In this document: positions 44,488 through 54,056 of the stretch, in pieces
How positions within the stretch are numbered: position 1 is the stretch's first letter
Layout of the letters: each line of letters begins with the position of its first letter
Source of the DNA: Parcubacteria group bacterium GW2011_GWA2_40_14
GTDB taxonomy: Bacteria; Patescibacteriota; Minisyncoccia; Phycocordibacterales; DATDWN01
Assembly: GCA_000996025.1 (NCBI GenBank)
Contig: LBYF01000001.1
Coordinates: 3,507 to 67,506, forward strand
Length of the DNA stretch: 64,000 nt
Reading direction: 5' to 3'
Made by a program: the position numbers and the translations under genes
The notes under the pieces: generated by a model
Told to the model about the DNA's origin: nothing
Databases searched by the model: none
Seen by the model: only the letters and a program-made list of their open reading frames with translations

Positions 44488-44602
44488 AATTTAAAAATCA
44501 AAATGGAAAATGACAGATTAAAATTAAAAATGATGAATTCAGAAATTTTGCATTTTGTATTGTCATTTTAATTTTTGATATTTACATTTTTAATTTATTA
44601 TC
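44488..44602. repeat. Family-4 repeat copy (in the position where rpmD/L30 would normally sit)
   Basis: It has the same core as the copy at 42217. Confidence 0.8.
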
Positions 44603-45043
44603 ATGCAATCCCATAACTTAAAAAGAAATCACCCGAACAAAAAGTCCCGACAAAAAGGTCGTGGCGGTACTCGTGGCAAGACAGCTGGTCGTGGTACAAA
44701 AGGCCAAAATGCCAGAGCTGGACACAAAAAACGTCCGGAAATTCGCGATTTTATAAAACGAATACCAAAGCTTCGCGGTCGTGGTAAAAATATAAACACA
44801 AGCATCCAAAACAAACCTTCTGTTGTTAATGTTGGAGATTTGAATAAAATGTTTAAGGCGGGAGATATCGTATCACCTCAAACACTTCTAAAAAATGGTA
44901 TGGTTAAGATGTTCGCTGGTGTTCTGCCGAGAGTAAAAATTCTTGCTACTGGAGCTTTGGATAAAATCCTTATAATAAAAGATTGCCAAGTTTCAGCATC
45001 TGCAAAGGTCGCTATAGAAAAAGCAGGTGGGCAGATAGTTTAA
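44603..45043 (+). CDS. rplO: 50S ribosomal protein L15
   Basis: GRGGTRGKTAGRGTKGQ is the L15 glycine/arginine signature. Confidence 0.85.
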   Translation: MQSHNLKRNHPNKKSRQKGRGGTRGKTAGRGTKGQNARAGHKKRPEIRDFIKRIPKLRGRGKNINTSIQNKPSVVNVGDLNKMFKAGDIVSPQTLLKNGMVKMFAGVLPRVKILATGALDKILIIKDCQVSASAKVAIEKAGGQIV

Positions 45044-45070
45044 AGCAAAGCATAACTTACACAACTAATC

Positions 45071-46330
45071 ATGAATAAATTAAAACTAGTTTTACAAGAC
45101 AAAATACTGCGAAAGCGCATACTTTTTACTCTTTCTGCATTGGTTATTTTCCGCATACTGGCCTCTATCCCCGTTCCTGGTGTGGATGGCAGTCGCTTGG
45201 CCCAATTTTTTGCAAGTAATGAATTTTTTGGCTTGCTTAATATTTTCTCTGGAGGCGGACTTTCTCAATTATCCATCGTTATGCTTGGTGTTGGTCCATA
45301 TATCACTGGCTCTATCATCATGCAGCTTTCAACCATCATGTTTCCCAAGCTGAAGGAGATGTATCAAGAAGAAGGCCAAGCTGGTCGCAGAAAATTTGCA
45401 CAGTATGGTCGTATCTTGACTATTCCCCTGGCTCTTATCCAAGGTTTCAGTTTTATTAAAATCCTTCAGAGTCAACAAGTTCTCGGGGAATTGTCCTATT
45501 TTACTCTGGGAGTTGACCTTATTATTATTACGGCTGGTTCAATTCTCCTGATGTGGATTGGAGAACTTATTTCTGAATATGGCGTAGGCAATGGGCTTTC
45601 GCTTATTATATTTGCCGGCATTGTGGCTAGTTTGCCTGCAACCGTCAGTCAGCTCATCTTTGCTTTTGACCCTGCACAGCTTCCACTTTATATTGTGGCT
45701 TTCGTTGCTTCTATTTTGGTTATTATCGGTGTGGTTATTATCACCGAAGCGGAGCGGCCAATACCTGTGACCTATGCCAAGCAAGTTCGCGGTAATAGGG
45801 TCTATGGCGGTACCTCTACCTATCTGCCTTTGCGCATAAATCAAGCTGGGGTTATTCCTATTATATTTGCTTTGTCCATTTTACTTTTTCCTCAAATGAT
45901 TTTGCGCTTTTTGCAGAATTCAAGCTATACATTTCTAAGTAGCATTTCAAGGACTCTCCTAGATGTTTTGGCTAATCAATGGTTCTATGCCATAGCATAT
46001 TTCTTTTTGGTTTTTGTTTTTACTTATTTCTACACGGCTGTTACATTTGACCCTGACCAAATCTCTACAAATCTCCAGAAAAATGGGGCTTTCATTCCTG
46101 GTGTTCGTCCAGGACACTCAACTTCCGAGCACATCTCTCGGATACTCACTCGTTTGACCTTGGTTGGGGCTATTTTCCTCGGTTTTATCGCCGTTCTTCC
46201 CCTCATCATGAGTGGGGTTACGGGCATTACTGCAATTTCCATCGGAGGGACAGCCCTTTTGATTGTTGTGTCGGTGGTTATTGACCTGATTAAAAAAATC
46301 GACGCGCAAGTTTCTATTAGAGAATATTAG
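45071..46330 (+). CDS. secY: Preprotein translocase subunit SecY
   Basis: The 419-aa ORF has 10 TM segments and LNIFSGGGLSQLSI. Confidence 0.9.
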   Translation: MNKLKLVLQDKILRKRILFTLSALVIFRILASIPVPGVDGSRLAQFFASNEFFGLLNIFSGGGLSQLSIVMLGVGPYITGSIIMQLSTIMFPKLKEMYQEEGQAGRRKFAQYGRILTIPLALIQGFSFIKILQSQQVLGELSYFTLGVDLIIITAGSILLMWIGELISEYGVGNGLSLIIFAGIVASLPATVSQLIFAFDPAQLPLYIVAFVASILVIIGVVIITEAERPIPVTYAKQVRGNRVYGGTSTYLPLRINQAGVIPIIFALSILLFPQMILRFLQNSSYTFLSSISRTLLDVLANQWFYAIAYFFLVFVFTYFYTAVTFDPDQISTNLQKNGAFIPGVRPGHSTSEHISRILTRLTLVGAIFLGFIAVLPLIMSGVTGITAISIGGTALLIVVSVVIDLIKKIDAQVSIREY

Positions 46331-46407
46331 TAAAAACCTCGATAAAAGACTTCCATACTGTTGTTTGTTTTTAACTTTTGTAAGAAAATTGCATATGCTA
46401 TAATCTT

Positions 46408-47022
46408 ATGTATATGGACAGAGGAGAAGAATACAAAAAAAGGCTAAAAGACTTTCTAGATTCTGATACTACAGAAGCAAAAATTGCAATGGTGGCTCTT
46501 TGTGTATTTGCTGTAGCCTCCCTCCCCATTCTCGTGGTTGGGGTTGCGGCTATGGGTAATGTGGTGCAGACGTTTCAGATGTTTAAGAGGTCTAAAAAGT
46601 ATTCTAGAATGCAAATTCAAAGCGCGGTTGAAAGTACTAAGCGTCAAAAGCTTATAGAATATGTTACTGACAAAGACGGAAAAACAATAGTAAAAATTAC
46701 AAAGAAAGGTGAAACTAAGTTAAGAACTTTTGACATTGAGCTTATGTGTATTAATACGCCAAAGAAATGGGATGGTAAATGGAGATTGGTCATGTTTGAT
46801 ATTCCTATGCGATTTACAAAAGGCAGAGAAGCTCTGAGATATCATTTGAAAAATTTAGGTTTTCTCCAATTTCAGAAATCCGCATGGATACACCCTTTTC
46901 CTTGTGAAGATGAAATCTTGTTTATTGCCGATTTTTTTGGAATAGGGAAGCACGTGGAAATTTTAACTGTAGAAAATCTCTTAAACGACGAAAAATTAAA
47001 GAAACATTTCCGACTTGATTAG
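46408..47022 (+). CDS. Membrane-anchored PaaX C-terminal-domain-like (Cas2/VapD-fold) protein
   Basis: There is an N-terminal TM. KKWDGKWRLVMFDIPMRFTKGREALRYHLKNLGFLQFQKSAWIHP matches the PaaX_C W-G-W motif region. Confidence 0.5.
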   Translation: MYMDRGEEYKKRLKDFLDSDTTEAKIAMVALCVFAVASLPILVVGVAAMGNVVQTFQMFKRSKKYSRMQIQSAVESTKRQKLIEYVTDKDGKTIVKITKKGETKLRTFDIELMCINTPKKWDGKWRLVMFDIPMRFTKGREALRYHLKNLGFLQFQKSAWIHPFPCEDEILFIADFFGIGKHVEILTVENLLNDEKLKKHFRLD

Positions 47023-47098
47023 TTTTTTTCTTACATAAGATTACAGCATATGCAGAAAAGTTATTAATTATACAAATCATATAAATTGAAACAATGTT

Positions 47099-47845
47099 TT
47101 GCAAGTTGTGGTTTCCGACATTCTTATACAAGACATAAATGACCAGAAAGAGTTTTTCTGCTATACTTATTTAAGTATGTTTATATGGAATCTATTAGTT
47201 AAAAATTTTCCTGAATACTGTGAATCAGTAGCTGGCTTTTGGACGGTTGAACCACTGAACGCACTAACTAACTTCGCGTTTTTTATCGGAGCATATTATT
47301 TATTGAAATATATCCGTGTTAATAATTTAAAAAACCGCTTAAGCATTTTCTTGACAGGATTAATGGTAGTTATGGGATTAGGCAGTCTATTGTGGCATTC
47401 GTATAGATCAGAAATAACGATGTTGCTTGATACCTTGCCGATTTACATTTTCTTTATTTTAGCCCTTTATCTTTTTGTACAGGTTCTTACAAAAAATAAA
47501 AAACTTACCATTGTTATTTTGGCTTTATTAGGATTAATATATTATTTAATTTTTACTTATATTCCTGGTCTAAATATTTTTAGTGGTTCACTAAAGTATA
47601 TTTTTATTCTTATAGTTTTAGTAGCATTAAGTTTTTTTATAAGAAAGAAGTATGGATATGATTATAACTTTTTAACACCACTAGGCATCTTTTTAGTGGC
47701 GATAATGTTAAGGACGATTGATATTTTTATGTGTCCATTTTTCCCATTCGGAACTCATTTTATATGGCATATTTTGATTGCAATAGCTATGTATTTCGGT
47801 TCAACTCTAATTTTGCGTTTAAATGCTAAAATGAATCAAGTCTGA
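47099..47845 (+). CDS. Polytopic membrane protein (7-TM, possibly ceramidase-like hydrolase)
   Basis: This is a hydrophobic ORF with conserved His residues (WHSYRSE, THFIWHIL). The family assignment is uncertain. Confidence 0.35.
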   Translation: MQVVVSDILIQDINDQKEFFCYTYLSMFIWNLLVKNFPEYCESVAGFWTVEPLNALTNFAFFIGAYYLLKYIRVNNLKNRLSIFLTGLMVVMGLGSLLWHSYRSEITMLLDTLPIYIFFILALYLFVQVLTKNKKLTIVILALLGLIYYLIFTYIPGLNIFSGSLKYIFILIVLVALSFFIRKKYGYDYNFLTPLGIFLVAIMLRTIDIFMCPFFPFGTHFIWHILIAIAMYFGSTLILRLNAKMNQV

Positions 47846-47863
47846 TTAACAATTTCAATTCTC

Positions 47864-48184
47864 GTGTTTTTGGTGTATAATAAAGAAATGAAATTAAGTA
47901 TTGAGGAAATAAAAGAAAAAATAACTCCGATTTTGGAGAAGTACGGCGTGACTTACGCCGGTGTTTTCGGTAGTGTGGCGCGCGGTGATGCTCGTCCGGA
48001 CAGTGACGTGGATATTCTCGTTAAAATCCGTAATCCCATTAGCATATTCGTCTTTTTTAAGATGAATGATGAATTGGAAGAAATATTGGGACGAAAGGTG
48101 GATTTAGTGACGGAAAACTCTCTTATTCGTTATTTCAAGCCATATGTGATGCTTGATTTAAAGCCACTCTATGAAGTCAGATAA
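47864..48184 (+). CDS. Nucleotidyltransferase antitoxin MntA (minimal NTase)
   Basis: GVFGSVARGDARPDSDVDILV is the pol-beta-type NTase signature. Confidence 0.8.
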   Translation: MFLVYNKEMKLSIEEIKEKITPILEKYGVTYAGVFGSVARGDARPDSDVDILVKIRNPISIFVFFKMNDELEEILGRKVDLVTENSLIRYFKPYVMLDLKPLYEVR

Positions 48185-48488
48185 AGTATACTGCGAATAT
48201 ATTATCAGTTGTATAGATAAAGTTGGCCGTTTTACTTCTGGAATGAAACGAGAGGATTTTCTTGCAAGTGAGTTAGTGCAAAGTGCAGTAATCTTGCAAC
48301 TCCTTCTTATTGGTGAATTGTCAAAAAATTTATCGTCTGAATTTAAGAAAAGTACTGATTTGCCTTGGACACAAATTTCCGGTTTCCGAAATAGAGCAAT
48401 CCATAATTATTATGAACTTGAGCTGGAATTCGTTTGGTTTGCAGTTCAAAATGATTTGTTTCCTATTAAAGAAGCTGTCTCCAAATAA
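48171..48488 (+). CDS. HepT (DUF86) HEPN-family toxin
   Basis: RNRAIHNY matches the R-x4-H-x-Y HEPN motif. The gene overlaps the NTase gene by 14 nt. Confidence 0.8.
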   Translation: MKSDKVYCEYIISCIDKVGRFTSGMKREDFLASELVQSAVILQLLLIGELSKNLSSEFKKSTDLPWTQISGFRNRAIHNYYELELEFVWFAVQNDLFPIKEAVSK

Positions 48489-48493
48489 AAATC

Positions 48494-49084
48494 ATGTCTC
48501 CTCAAACTTTTATTTTTATCGGCAGGTCCGGGTGTGGTAAAGGAACACAGGCCGAGCTTTTACAAAAACGGGTCAAAGAAAAAGACCAATCGAGTGAGAT
48601 TTTTTATCTTGAAACTGGAGCATATTTCAGAGAGTTTTTAAGGGGAGAAAAATATTCAAATAAATTAGCAAATGAAATATATAAAAAAGGCGAGCGCCAG
48701 CCGGACTTTCTGGCTGTGCATATTTGGTCGCATATTCTTATCGGAGATTTCAAAGGCACAGAGCACGCATTTTTTGACGGTATTTGCCGCTCTCTTCCGG
48801 AAGCCACCACTTTTACCACTGCTTTGGAGTTTTATGGACGCAAAGCCATTGTAATTTATCTGAATGTTTCGCGGGAATGGTCGGAGGAGCGCCTTCTTCT
48901 CCGCGGGCGAGCAGATGACAAGAGTAAGGAAGAAATAAAAAAACGACTTGACTGGTTTGATAAAGATTCGTATCCTGCAGTAGAGTATTTTAATATGCAC
49001 AAACAATATACTCTTTTGGATATAAACGGCGAGCAGAGTATAGAAAAGGTACATGCCGATATTGTAGGGAAGCTGGGATGGTAG
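48494..49084 (+). CDS. adk: Adenylate kinase (short-LID type)
   Basis: The P-loop is GRSGCGKGTQ, the LID is short (RGRADD), and the gene is in the expected operon position. Confidence 0.7.
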   Translation: MSPQTFIFIGRSGCGKGTQAELLQKRVKEKDQSSEIFYLETGAYFREFLRGEKYSNKLANEIYKKGERQPDFLAVHIWSHILIGDFKGTEHAFFDGICRSLPEATTFTTALEFYGRKAIVIYLNVSREWSEERLLLRGRADDKSKEEIKKRLDWFDKDSYPAVEYFNMHKQYTLLDINGEQSIEKVHADIVGKLGW

Positions 49085-49129
49085 CAAAACCCTTGACTTC
49101 TGTATATACTCCGCATATACTGTGTATAT

Positions 49130-49399
49130 ATGACACAAGTAGTTATAAATTTCAAAACGGATGCTAAGCTAAAGAGCGCAGCCAAAGATGTTCTCGATGA
49201 GATGGGTCTGAATTTTTCCATTGCTTTTAACGCCTACATGAAAAAGTTGATTACTGAGAGGAGAATAGAGTTTACCACGCCAGAGATACCCAACGCTCGA
49301 CTCCGGAAAGCAATAAAAGAGGCGGATAAAGAGTATAAGAGCGGTAAGTTAAAGTTTTATACTGATATGCGCGAGATGCGCAAGTCATTAGGTGTATAA
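49130..49399 (+). CDS. RelB/DinJ-family antitoxin
   Basis: The small RHH-like protein immediately precedes a YafQ-like toxin. Confidence 0.6.
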   Translation: MTQVVINFKTDAKLKSAAKDVLDEMGLNFSIAFNAYMKKLITERRIEFTTPEIPNARLRKAIKEADKEYKSGKLKFYTDMREMRKSLGV

Positions 49400-49402
49400 A
49401 CT

Positions 49403-49663
49403 ATGCACATCGCTTTTTCTTCGAGTCTTAATAAAAAGATTAAGAAAATTCCAACAAAAATAGTTGATAAATTTTTTGAGCGATTGGAGATTTTTAAAAA
49501 GGATATATTTAGTCCAATTTTAAACAATCATAAATTGCACGCTGAATACGAAGGGTGTAGCAGTATAAATGTCACAGGTAATTTTCGAGCGATATTTAAG
49601 CATGTCGATGATAATCATGTCGTTTTTTCTGATTTAGATACTCACCCCGAACTCTACGGCTAA
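49403..49663 (+). CDS. YafQ/RelE-family mRNA interferase toxin
   Basis: The C-terminus HKLHAEYEGCSSINVTGNFRAIFKHVDDNHVVFSDLDTHPELYG parallels the YafQ C-terminus. Confidence 0.65.
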   Translation: MHIAFSSSLNKKIKKIPTKIVDKFFERLEIFKKDIFSPILNNHKLHAEYEGCSSINVTGNFRAIFKHVDDNHVVFSDLDTHPELYG

Positions 49664-49679
49664 TTTTTATTTTTGAATT

Positions 49680-50447
49680 ATGATTACAATAAAAAAACCA
49701 GAAGAAATAGAAATTTTGAAAGAAGGCGGGAGACGGCTTGGTATTGTTTTGCGCAAAGTAAGCGAGATTGTCAAACCAGGCATTTCTACACAGGAACTTG
49801 AGGACTTGGCACGCAAACTGATAGAAGATGGTGGTGATACCGCATCATTTCTAAATTACAAACCGCGTGGAGCAAAACGGCCGTTTCCTGCGGCCATATG
49901 TGTGTCCATAAACAACGAAATCGTTCACGGTATTCCCAACGAAAGGCCACGCATAATTCAAGAGGGCGACATTGTTTCTCTTGATTTAGGTATTACACAC
50001 AAAGGTATAATAACAGACAGTGCCGTGTCTGTGGGTGTTGGTAAAATGGCGCCTATTGACCAGAAGCTGATAGACCATTGCAGGGAAGCTTTAGCACTCG
50101 GTATCAAGGCCGCTCGCGGCGGTAATCACATAGGCGATATTGGCTATGCAATAGAGTCGTTTGCCCGCCCTCTGGGCTACGGGCTATCAGAGGGGCTTGC
50201 AGGACATGGGGTTGGTTACAAGGTTCACGAAGACCCATTTGTGCCAAACGAAGGGGAAATCGGTAGAGGCGAGCTTCTGCGTCCAGGTATGGTCCTAGCC
50301 CTTGAGCCGATGCTGACTCTCGGCACAGACAAAATAGTTCTAGACAAAGATGGCTATACATACAAAACCGCCGATGGTACAAACGCCGCCCACTGGGAAC
50401 ATTCTATTGTCATCACGGAAGGAGAGCCGATAATTTTGACAAAATAA
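49680..50447 (+). CDS. map: Methionine aminopeptidase type I
   Basis: The pita-bread metal ligands are in typical context (D..D, H, E, E). Confidence 0.9.
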   Translation: MITIKKPEEIEILKEGGRRLGIVLRKVSEIVKPGISTQELEDLARKLIEDGGDTASFLNYKPRGAKRPFPAAICVSINNEIVHGIPNERPRIIQEGDIVSLDLGITHKGIITDSAVSVGVGKMAPIDQKLIDHCREALALGIKAARGGNHIGDIGYAIESFARPLGYGLSEGLAGHGVGYKVHEDPFVPNEGEIGRGELLRPGMVLALEPMLTLGTDKIVLDKDGYTYKTADGTNAAHWEHSIVITEGEPIILTK

Positions 50448-50503
50448 ATATTTAAACATACAAATAGTTGCTTTTCAGAGAAATATGATTTACTATACGT
50501 TAC

Positions 50504-50692
50504 ATGAACACTATGACTAAAAAAGTAAAAAAACAAAAAAATCTTTTACAGCATATTTTTAACGAAATCCGCTTATTGCGAAGCGAGGTAACTTTATTTA
50601 TGCCTGACGAAAATTTAAATGGGTATGCCCATCCATCAAGAATAAAAAAATCTTTCGAAAGAGCTTTACGTCAATACCCAAGAACAATCTAA
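50504..50692 (+). CDS. Putative antitoxin partner of the downstream RelE/ParE toxin
   Basis: The small basic ORF overlaps the toxin start (TAATG). Confidence 0.35.
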   Translation: MNTMTKKVKKQKNLLQHIFNEIRLLRSEVTLFMPDENLNGYAHPSRIKKSFERALRQYPRTI

Positions 50693-50949
50693 TGTATGTC
50701 ATTAAAACTTCTGATTTTGAAAGAGCATATAAAAGGTTACCTTTTGGCATACAAAAACTTTGTCTTATTCAAGAAGAAAGATTTGCTTTAAGTTCTCGCG
50801 ATCCAAGGTTACATATAAAAAAACTGAAAGATTTTGATGATGCCTTTTCTTTCAGGATTACTAGAAAATATCGGGCATTGTTTTATTTTCAAAATGCAGA
50901 GACTGTGATATGTTTTGATATTGACCATCGTAAAGATGTTTACAAATAG
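50692..50949 (+). CDS. RelE/ParE-family toxin
   Basis: LHIKKLK...FSFRITRKYRALFYF...VICFDIDHRKDVYK matches the RelE/ParE fold pattern. Confidence 0.7.
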   Translation: MYVIKTSDFERAYKRLPFGIQKLCLIQEERFALSSRDPRLHIKKLKDFDDAFSFRITRKYRALFYFQNAETVICFDIDHRKDVYK

Positions 50950-50985
50950 TTGCTTTTTATTACCGTATCGATATACTGATGCTCT

Positions 50986-52056
50986 ATGAAAGTTGATACT
51001 TTGAAGCTGTCCAGAACTAAAGTTGCTGGTCTTACAAAAAAATTTGATTTAAATAACCCCGTATCGCGCAAGCTATATTTTGTGGCTAAGGTGGGTAAAG
51101 AGATAAAGGCTCTGCAAAAATATTTAAAATCGGGCAAGCGTTTTGTGGCATTTCTCATTGGTATAAAAAATTCCGGTAAAGGAACGTATGCAAAATTGTT
51201 TCTGGAAGCAGTAGGTCCTCTCGCCGTCCATATATCTATCGGGGATATTGTGCGCGATGTTCATACGAGCATCGAAACCCCAACTGGCAAGAAAAAATTA
51301 ATCAATTTTTTGAAGAAAAACTATCGCGGATTTCATAGTCCAGAAGAAACTATTAAAGCAATACTCGGACGCAGTCAATCAACTCTCATTACTTCTGAAC
51401 TTATTTTGGCCCTTATCAAATTTGAAATAAGCAAACATCCGAACCAGTCATTATTTATTGACGGTTTCCCTCGCGCTTTTGACCAGATTCCGTACTCACT
51501 CTTTTTGAAAGAGATTATTGGTTATCAAGGAGTGCCAGACGTTTTTGTTTTCTTTAATGTTCCAACCAGTGTGATTGACGAGCGCATTAAGACTCGGGTT
51601 ATTTGTCCTGTTTGCAAAACATCGAGGGGTTTGAAACTTTTGCCAACAACAAAAGTCGGATATGATGCAAAAAATAAAAAGTTTTATCTAGAATGTGACA
51701 ATCTTTCCTGTCCTGGCTCACGAATGATAGCGAAAGAGGGCGACGAGCTTGGTATAGAACCTATCCGTGAACGAATCGAAACTGATTCAAAAATTTCCAA
51801 AGAATTACAAAAAATTCACGGTGTGCCAAAAGTATTTCTGCGCAACGCCATTCCAGTTGTACACGCCAAAAAAATCGTAGATGATTACGAAATTACCCCT
51901 GAATATCAGTACAAACTAGATAAATCAGGTAAGGCGGTTATTGTAGAAGTACCATGGACAGTTAAAGACGACCAGGGAGTAAAATCTTACAGTCTCCTGC
52001 CCTCTGCGGTTGTCATTTCACTTATAAAGCAATTAGCCAATATTCTTACTAAATAA
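50986..52056 (+). CDS. Second adenylate/nucleoside-monophosphate kinase paralog with a zinc-ribbon LID and N- and C-terminal extensions
   Basis: The P-loop is GIKNSGKGT, followed by IDGFPRAFDQ and a LID with CPVC...CDNLSCPG (four Cys). Only the middle ~250 aa of the 356-aa ORF is the kinase core. Confidence 0.65.
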   Translation: MKVDTLKLSRTKVAGLTKKFDLNNPVSRKLYFVAKVGKEIKALQKYLKSGKRFVAFLIGIKNSGKGTYAKLFLEAVGPLAVHISIGDIVRDVHTSIETPTGKKKLINFLKKNYRGFHSPEETIKAILGRSQSTLITSELILALIKFEISKHPNQSLFIDGFPRAFDQIPYSLFLKEIIGYQGVPDVFVFFNVPTSVIDERIKTRVICPVCKTSRGLKLLPTTKVGYDAKNKKFYLECDNLSCPGSRMIAKEGDELGIEPIRERIETDSKISKELQKIHGVPKVFLRNAIPVVHAKKIVDDYEITPEYQYKLDKSGKAVIVEVPWTVKDDQGVKSYSLLPSAVVISLIKQLANILTK

Positions 52057-52589
52057 GCTTTCTCATGACAAAGTCATTAATTATCACTTAGTTCAGGAAG
52101 ACATTCTCTACGACGTTAATTTAGACGGTATATTAGAATAGAAGCTGCTTCGCGCTTTTATTTCACTCACCCTACGTCAGGCTTAAAAGTCAATAGCCCA
52201 ACTTCATCGTGTATTCCTCCAGCTGTGATACAATATAAACAGGGTTACGTATATTTTCTACCTAACCATTTTTTAGGGAGTCCAATATTTTTGTGCCACG
52301 ATGAGTAAAATTTATTATTTTGTTCTGACGAGTACAATTGCGGACACCCACCTACGAGTTTTGTAGGAGAATATTCGTAATCCGATTAAGCTATCCAGTA
52401 TTTTTGCAAAAAGAGCTGGATGTTTTAATTTATCTTATTTTCGGATTTTTTGTAATCCTGAATACACATCATCAAAATTACAAAATCGTTAATAAGTACT
52501 TATTTATAGCCATATATACTTTGTTAATTCATTGAATATATTAACTTAATCAATTTGGATTATAAACAAATTCGTGTTAAAATAGATGT

Positions 52590-52868
52590 ATGAATACACC
52601 CTTAAGTCAGTTTATAAAACAGAGGCCTCATTTGATTTGGTATACCAAAAACTATGACGGTTTGGACGCCGAATCCATCGTTGAAGCTACACTAAACTAT
52701 GGTAATTGGGACGATGTGCAGGAACTTATAAAAATTCTAGGAATGAAAAAAACCGCCCAGATTTTCCGAGAAAAATCCAAACCGGATAAATTTGGCAGAC
52801 AGAATTACGATTCTCGGGTAAAAAATTATTTTCAACTATACTTTGGTAAATATGTCAAACATGCATAA
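52590..52868 (+). CDS. Hypothetical protein, possible cognate partner of the downstream AbiEii-like toxin
   Basis: The ORF overlaps the next gene by 26 nt. No family was recognised. Confidence 0.3.
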   Translation: MNTPLSQFIKQRPHLIWYTKNYDGLDAESIVEATLNYGNWDDVQELIKILGMKKTAQIFREKSKPDKFGRQNYDSRVKNYFQLYFGKYVKHA

Positions 52869-53472
52869 AGAAATTTTTACACAAGAACAGATTAAACTTC
52901 TACCTTTGATTAGGAAATTTTCCAAGGATTTCGGTCTTGTTGGTGGGACAGCCATTGCATTGCATTTAGGTCATAGGCGCTCAATAGACTTTGACATGTT
53001 TTCCAATAAACCGTTCAATAATGTGGCTGTGCGTAGGAAAATAAAAAATACGCACAGTATTCAAAAGGTCTTCAAAGACGAAACAGGACAATACACTTTT
53101 TTTGTTAATGAGGTGCAAATGACTTTTTATCATTTTCCCTATGAGATTGATTATTCGGAAAAATTTGAAGATTATGTCAAAATACCAAATCTGCTCATTC
53201 TCGCTGCGATGAAAGCTTTTGCTCTTGGTGGAAGAAATAAATGGAAGGACTATGTTGATTTATATTTTATTCTCAATAACCGTTTTTCTGTAGATGAAAT
53301 CTCCAAAAAAGCCAAAGAACTTTTCCAGGGAGAATTTAATGAAAAAATTTTTCGAAATCAGCTAGCTTATTTTGACGATATAAATTACAAGGAAACGGTG
53401 GACTTTCTGCCGGATTTTGAAGTGAGCGATGAAACGGTAAAAAAAGCTCTGATTGATTTTAGTATTTCCTGA
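52843..53472 (+). CDS. AbiEii/AbiGii-family nucleotidyltransferase toxin (DUF1814)
   Basis: GLVGGTAIALHLGHRRSIDFDMF is the characteristic DUF1814 motif. Confidence 0.7.
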   Translation: MVNMSNMHKEIFTQEQIKLLPLIRKFSKDFGLVGGTAIALHLGHRRSIDFDMFSNKPFNNVAVRRKIKNTHSIQKVFKDETGQYTFFVNEVQMTFYHFPYEIDYSEKFEDYVKIPNLLILAAMKAFALGGRNKWKDYVDLYFILNNRFSVDEISKKAKELFQGEFNEKIFRNQLAYFDDINYKETVDFLPDFEVSDETVKKALIDFSIS

Positions 53473-53654
53473 CATTGAAAGGGATATGTATAAAAACGAT
53501 TTATTTAAGTTCACAGATTTTACTTTCGAGCCCAAACACATTCAATTTTCCCAAGAAATTTTAAGAGAATCTCGAGTGCCGAACGAGGTATGGGTCATTG
53601 CTTCCCGGAAGTTCGAGTAAAATTGGACGAACTTAAAGCTATTAAAGTCACAGT

Positions 53655-54056
53655 ATGATGTTTCAAACAAAACTTTTTAAACAAGCATTCCTTCTGCTTT
53701 TTGTTGTTGGTATTTTAAATTTGGTTGGAACAGAACTATATTTGTATTGGACACTCTGGTGGTATGACATTATTCTACATTTTCTCTCTGCTGGGGTGGT
53801 TTCTCTAGCTACCATTGTATTCTTTCGCATCTTTCTTGGAAAACGGTTGTCAGGTCAGACATTAATTAAATATGCGGTTTTTTGCGCCCTAGTAGTTGGT
53901 ATTATCTGGGAAATATATGAACTTTATTTTGAGATGACATATCTTTCTGACGGCATGATTTATGTAACAGACACAGTATCAGACCTTATTATGGACATTG
54001 CAGGTGGACTTCTCGGTTCAATATATGCAATTAGATTAGTAAAAAATAATGAGTAA
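53655..54056 (+). CDS. Small 4-TM membrane protein
   Basis: The hydrophobic ORF overlaps the downstream beta-CASP gene by 8 nt. Confidence 0.4.
   Translation: MMFQTKLFKQAFLLLFVVGILNLVGTELYLYWTLWWYDIILHFLSAGVVSLATIVFFRIFLGKRLSGQTLIKYAVFCALVVGIIWEIYELYFEMTYLSDGMIYVTDTVSDLIMDIAGGLLGSIYAIRLVKNNE

Noticed and set aside
42217-44602. CRISPR array, suggested by near-identical repeats in the spc operon
   Set aside because: The repeats are about 120 bp, internally palindromic, and separated by whole conserved genes rather than short spacers. No cas genes are adjacent.
52300-52380. Hammerhead ribozyme, suggested by CTGACGAG in the non-coding region
   Set aside because: No adjacent stem II hairpin followed by GAAA and a stem III/cleavage-site arrangement could be drawn. 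The match is an isolated heptamer.
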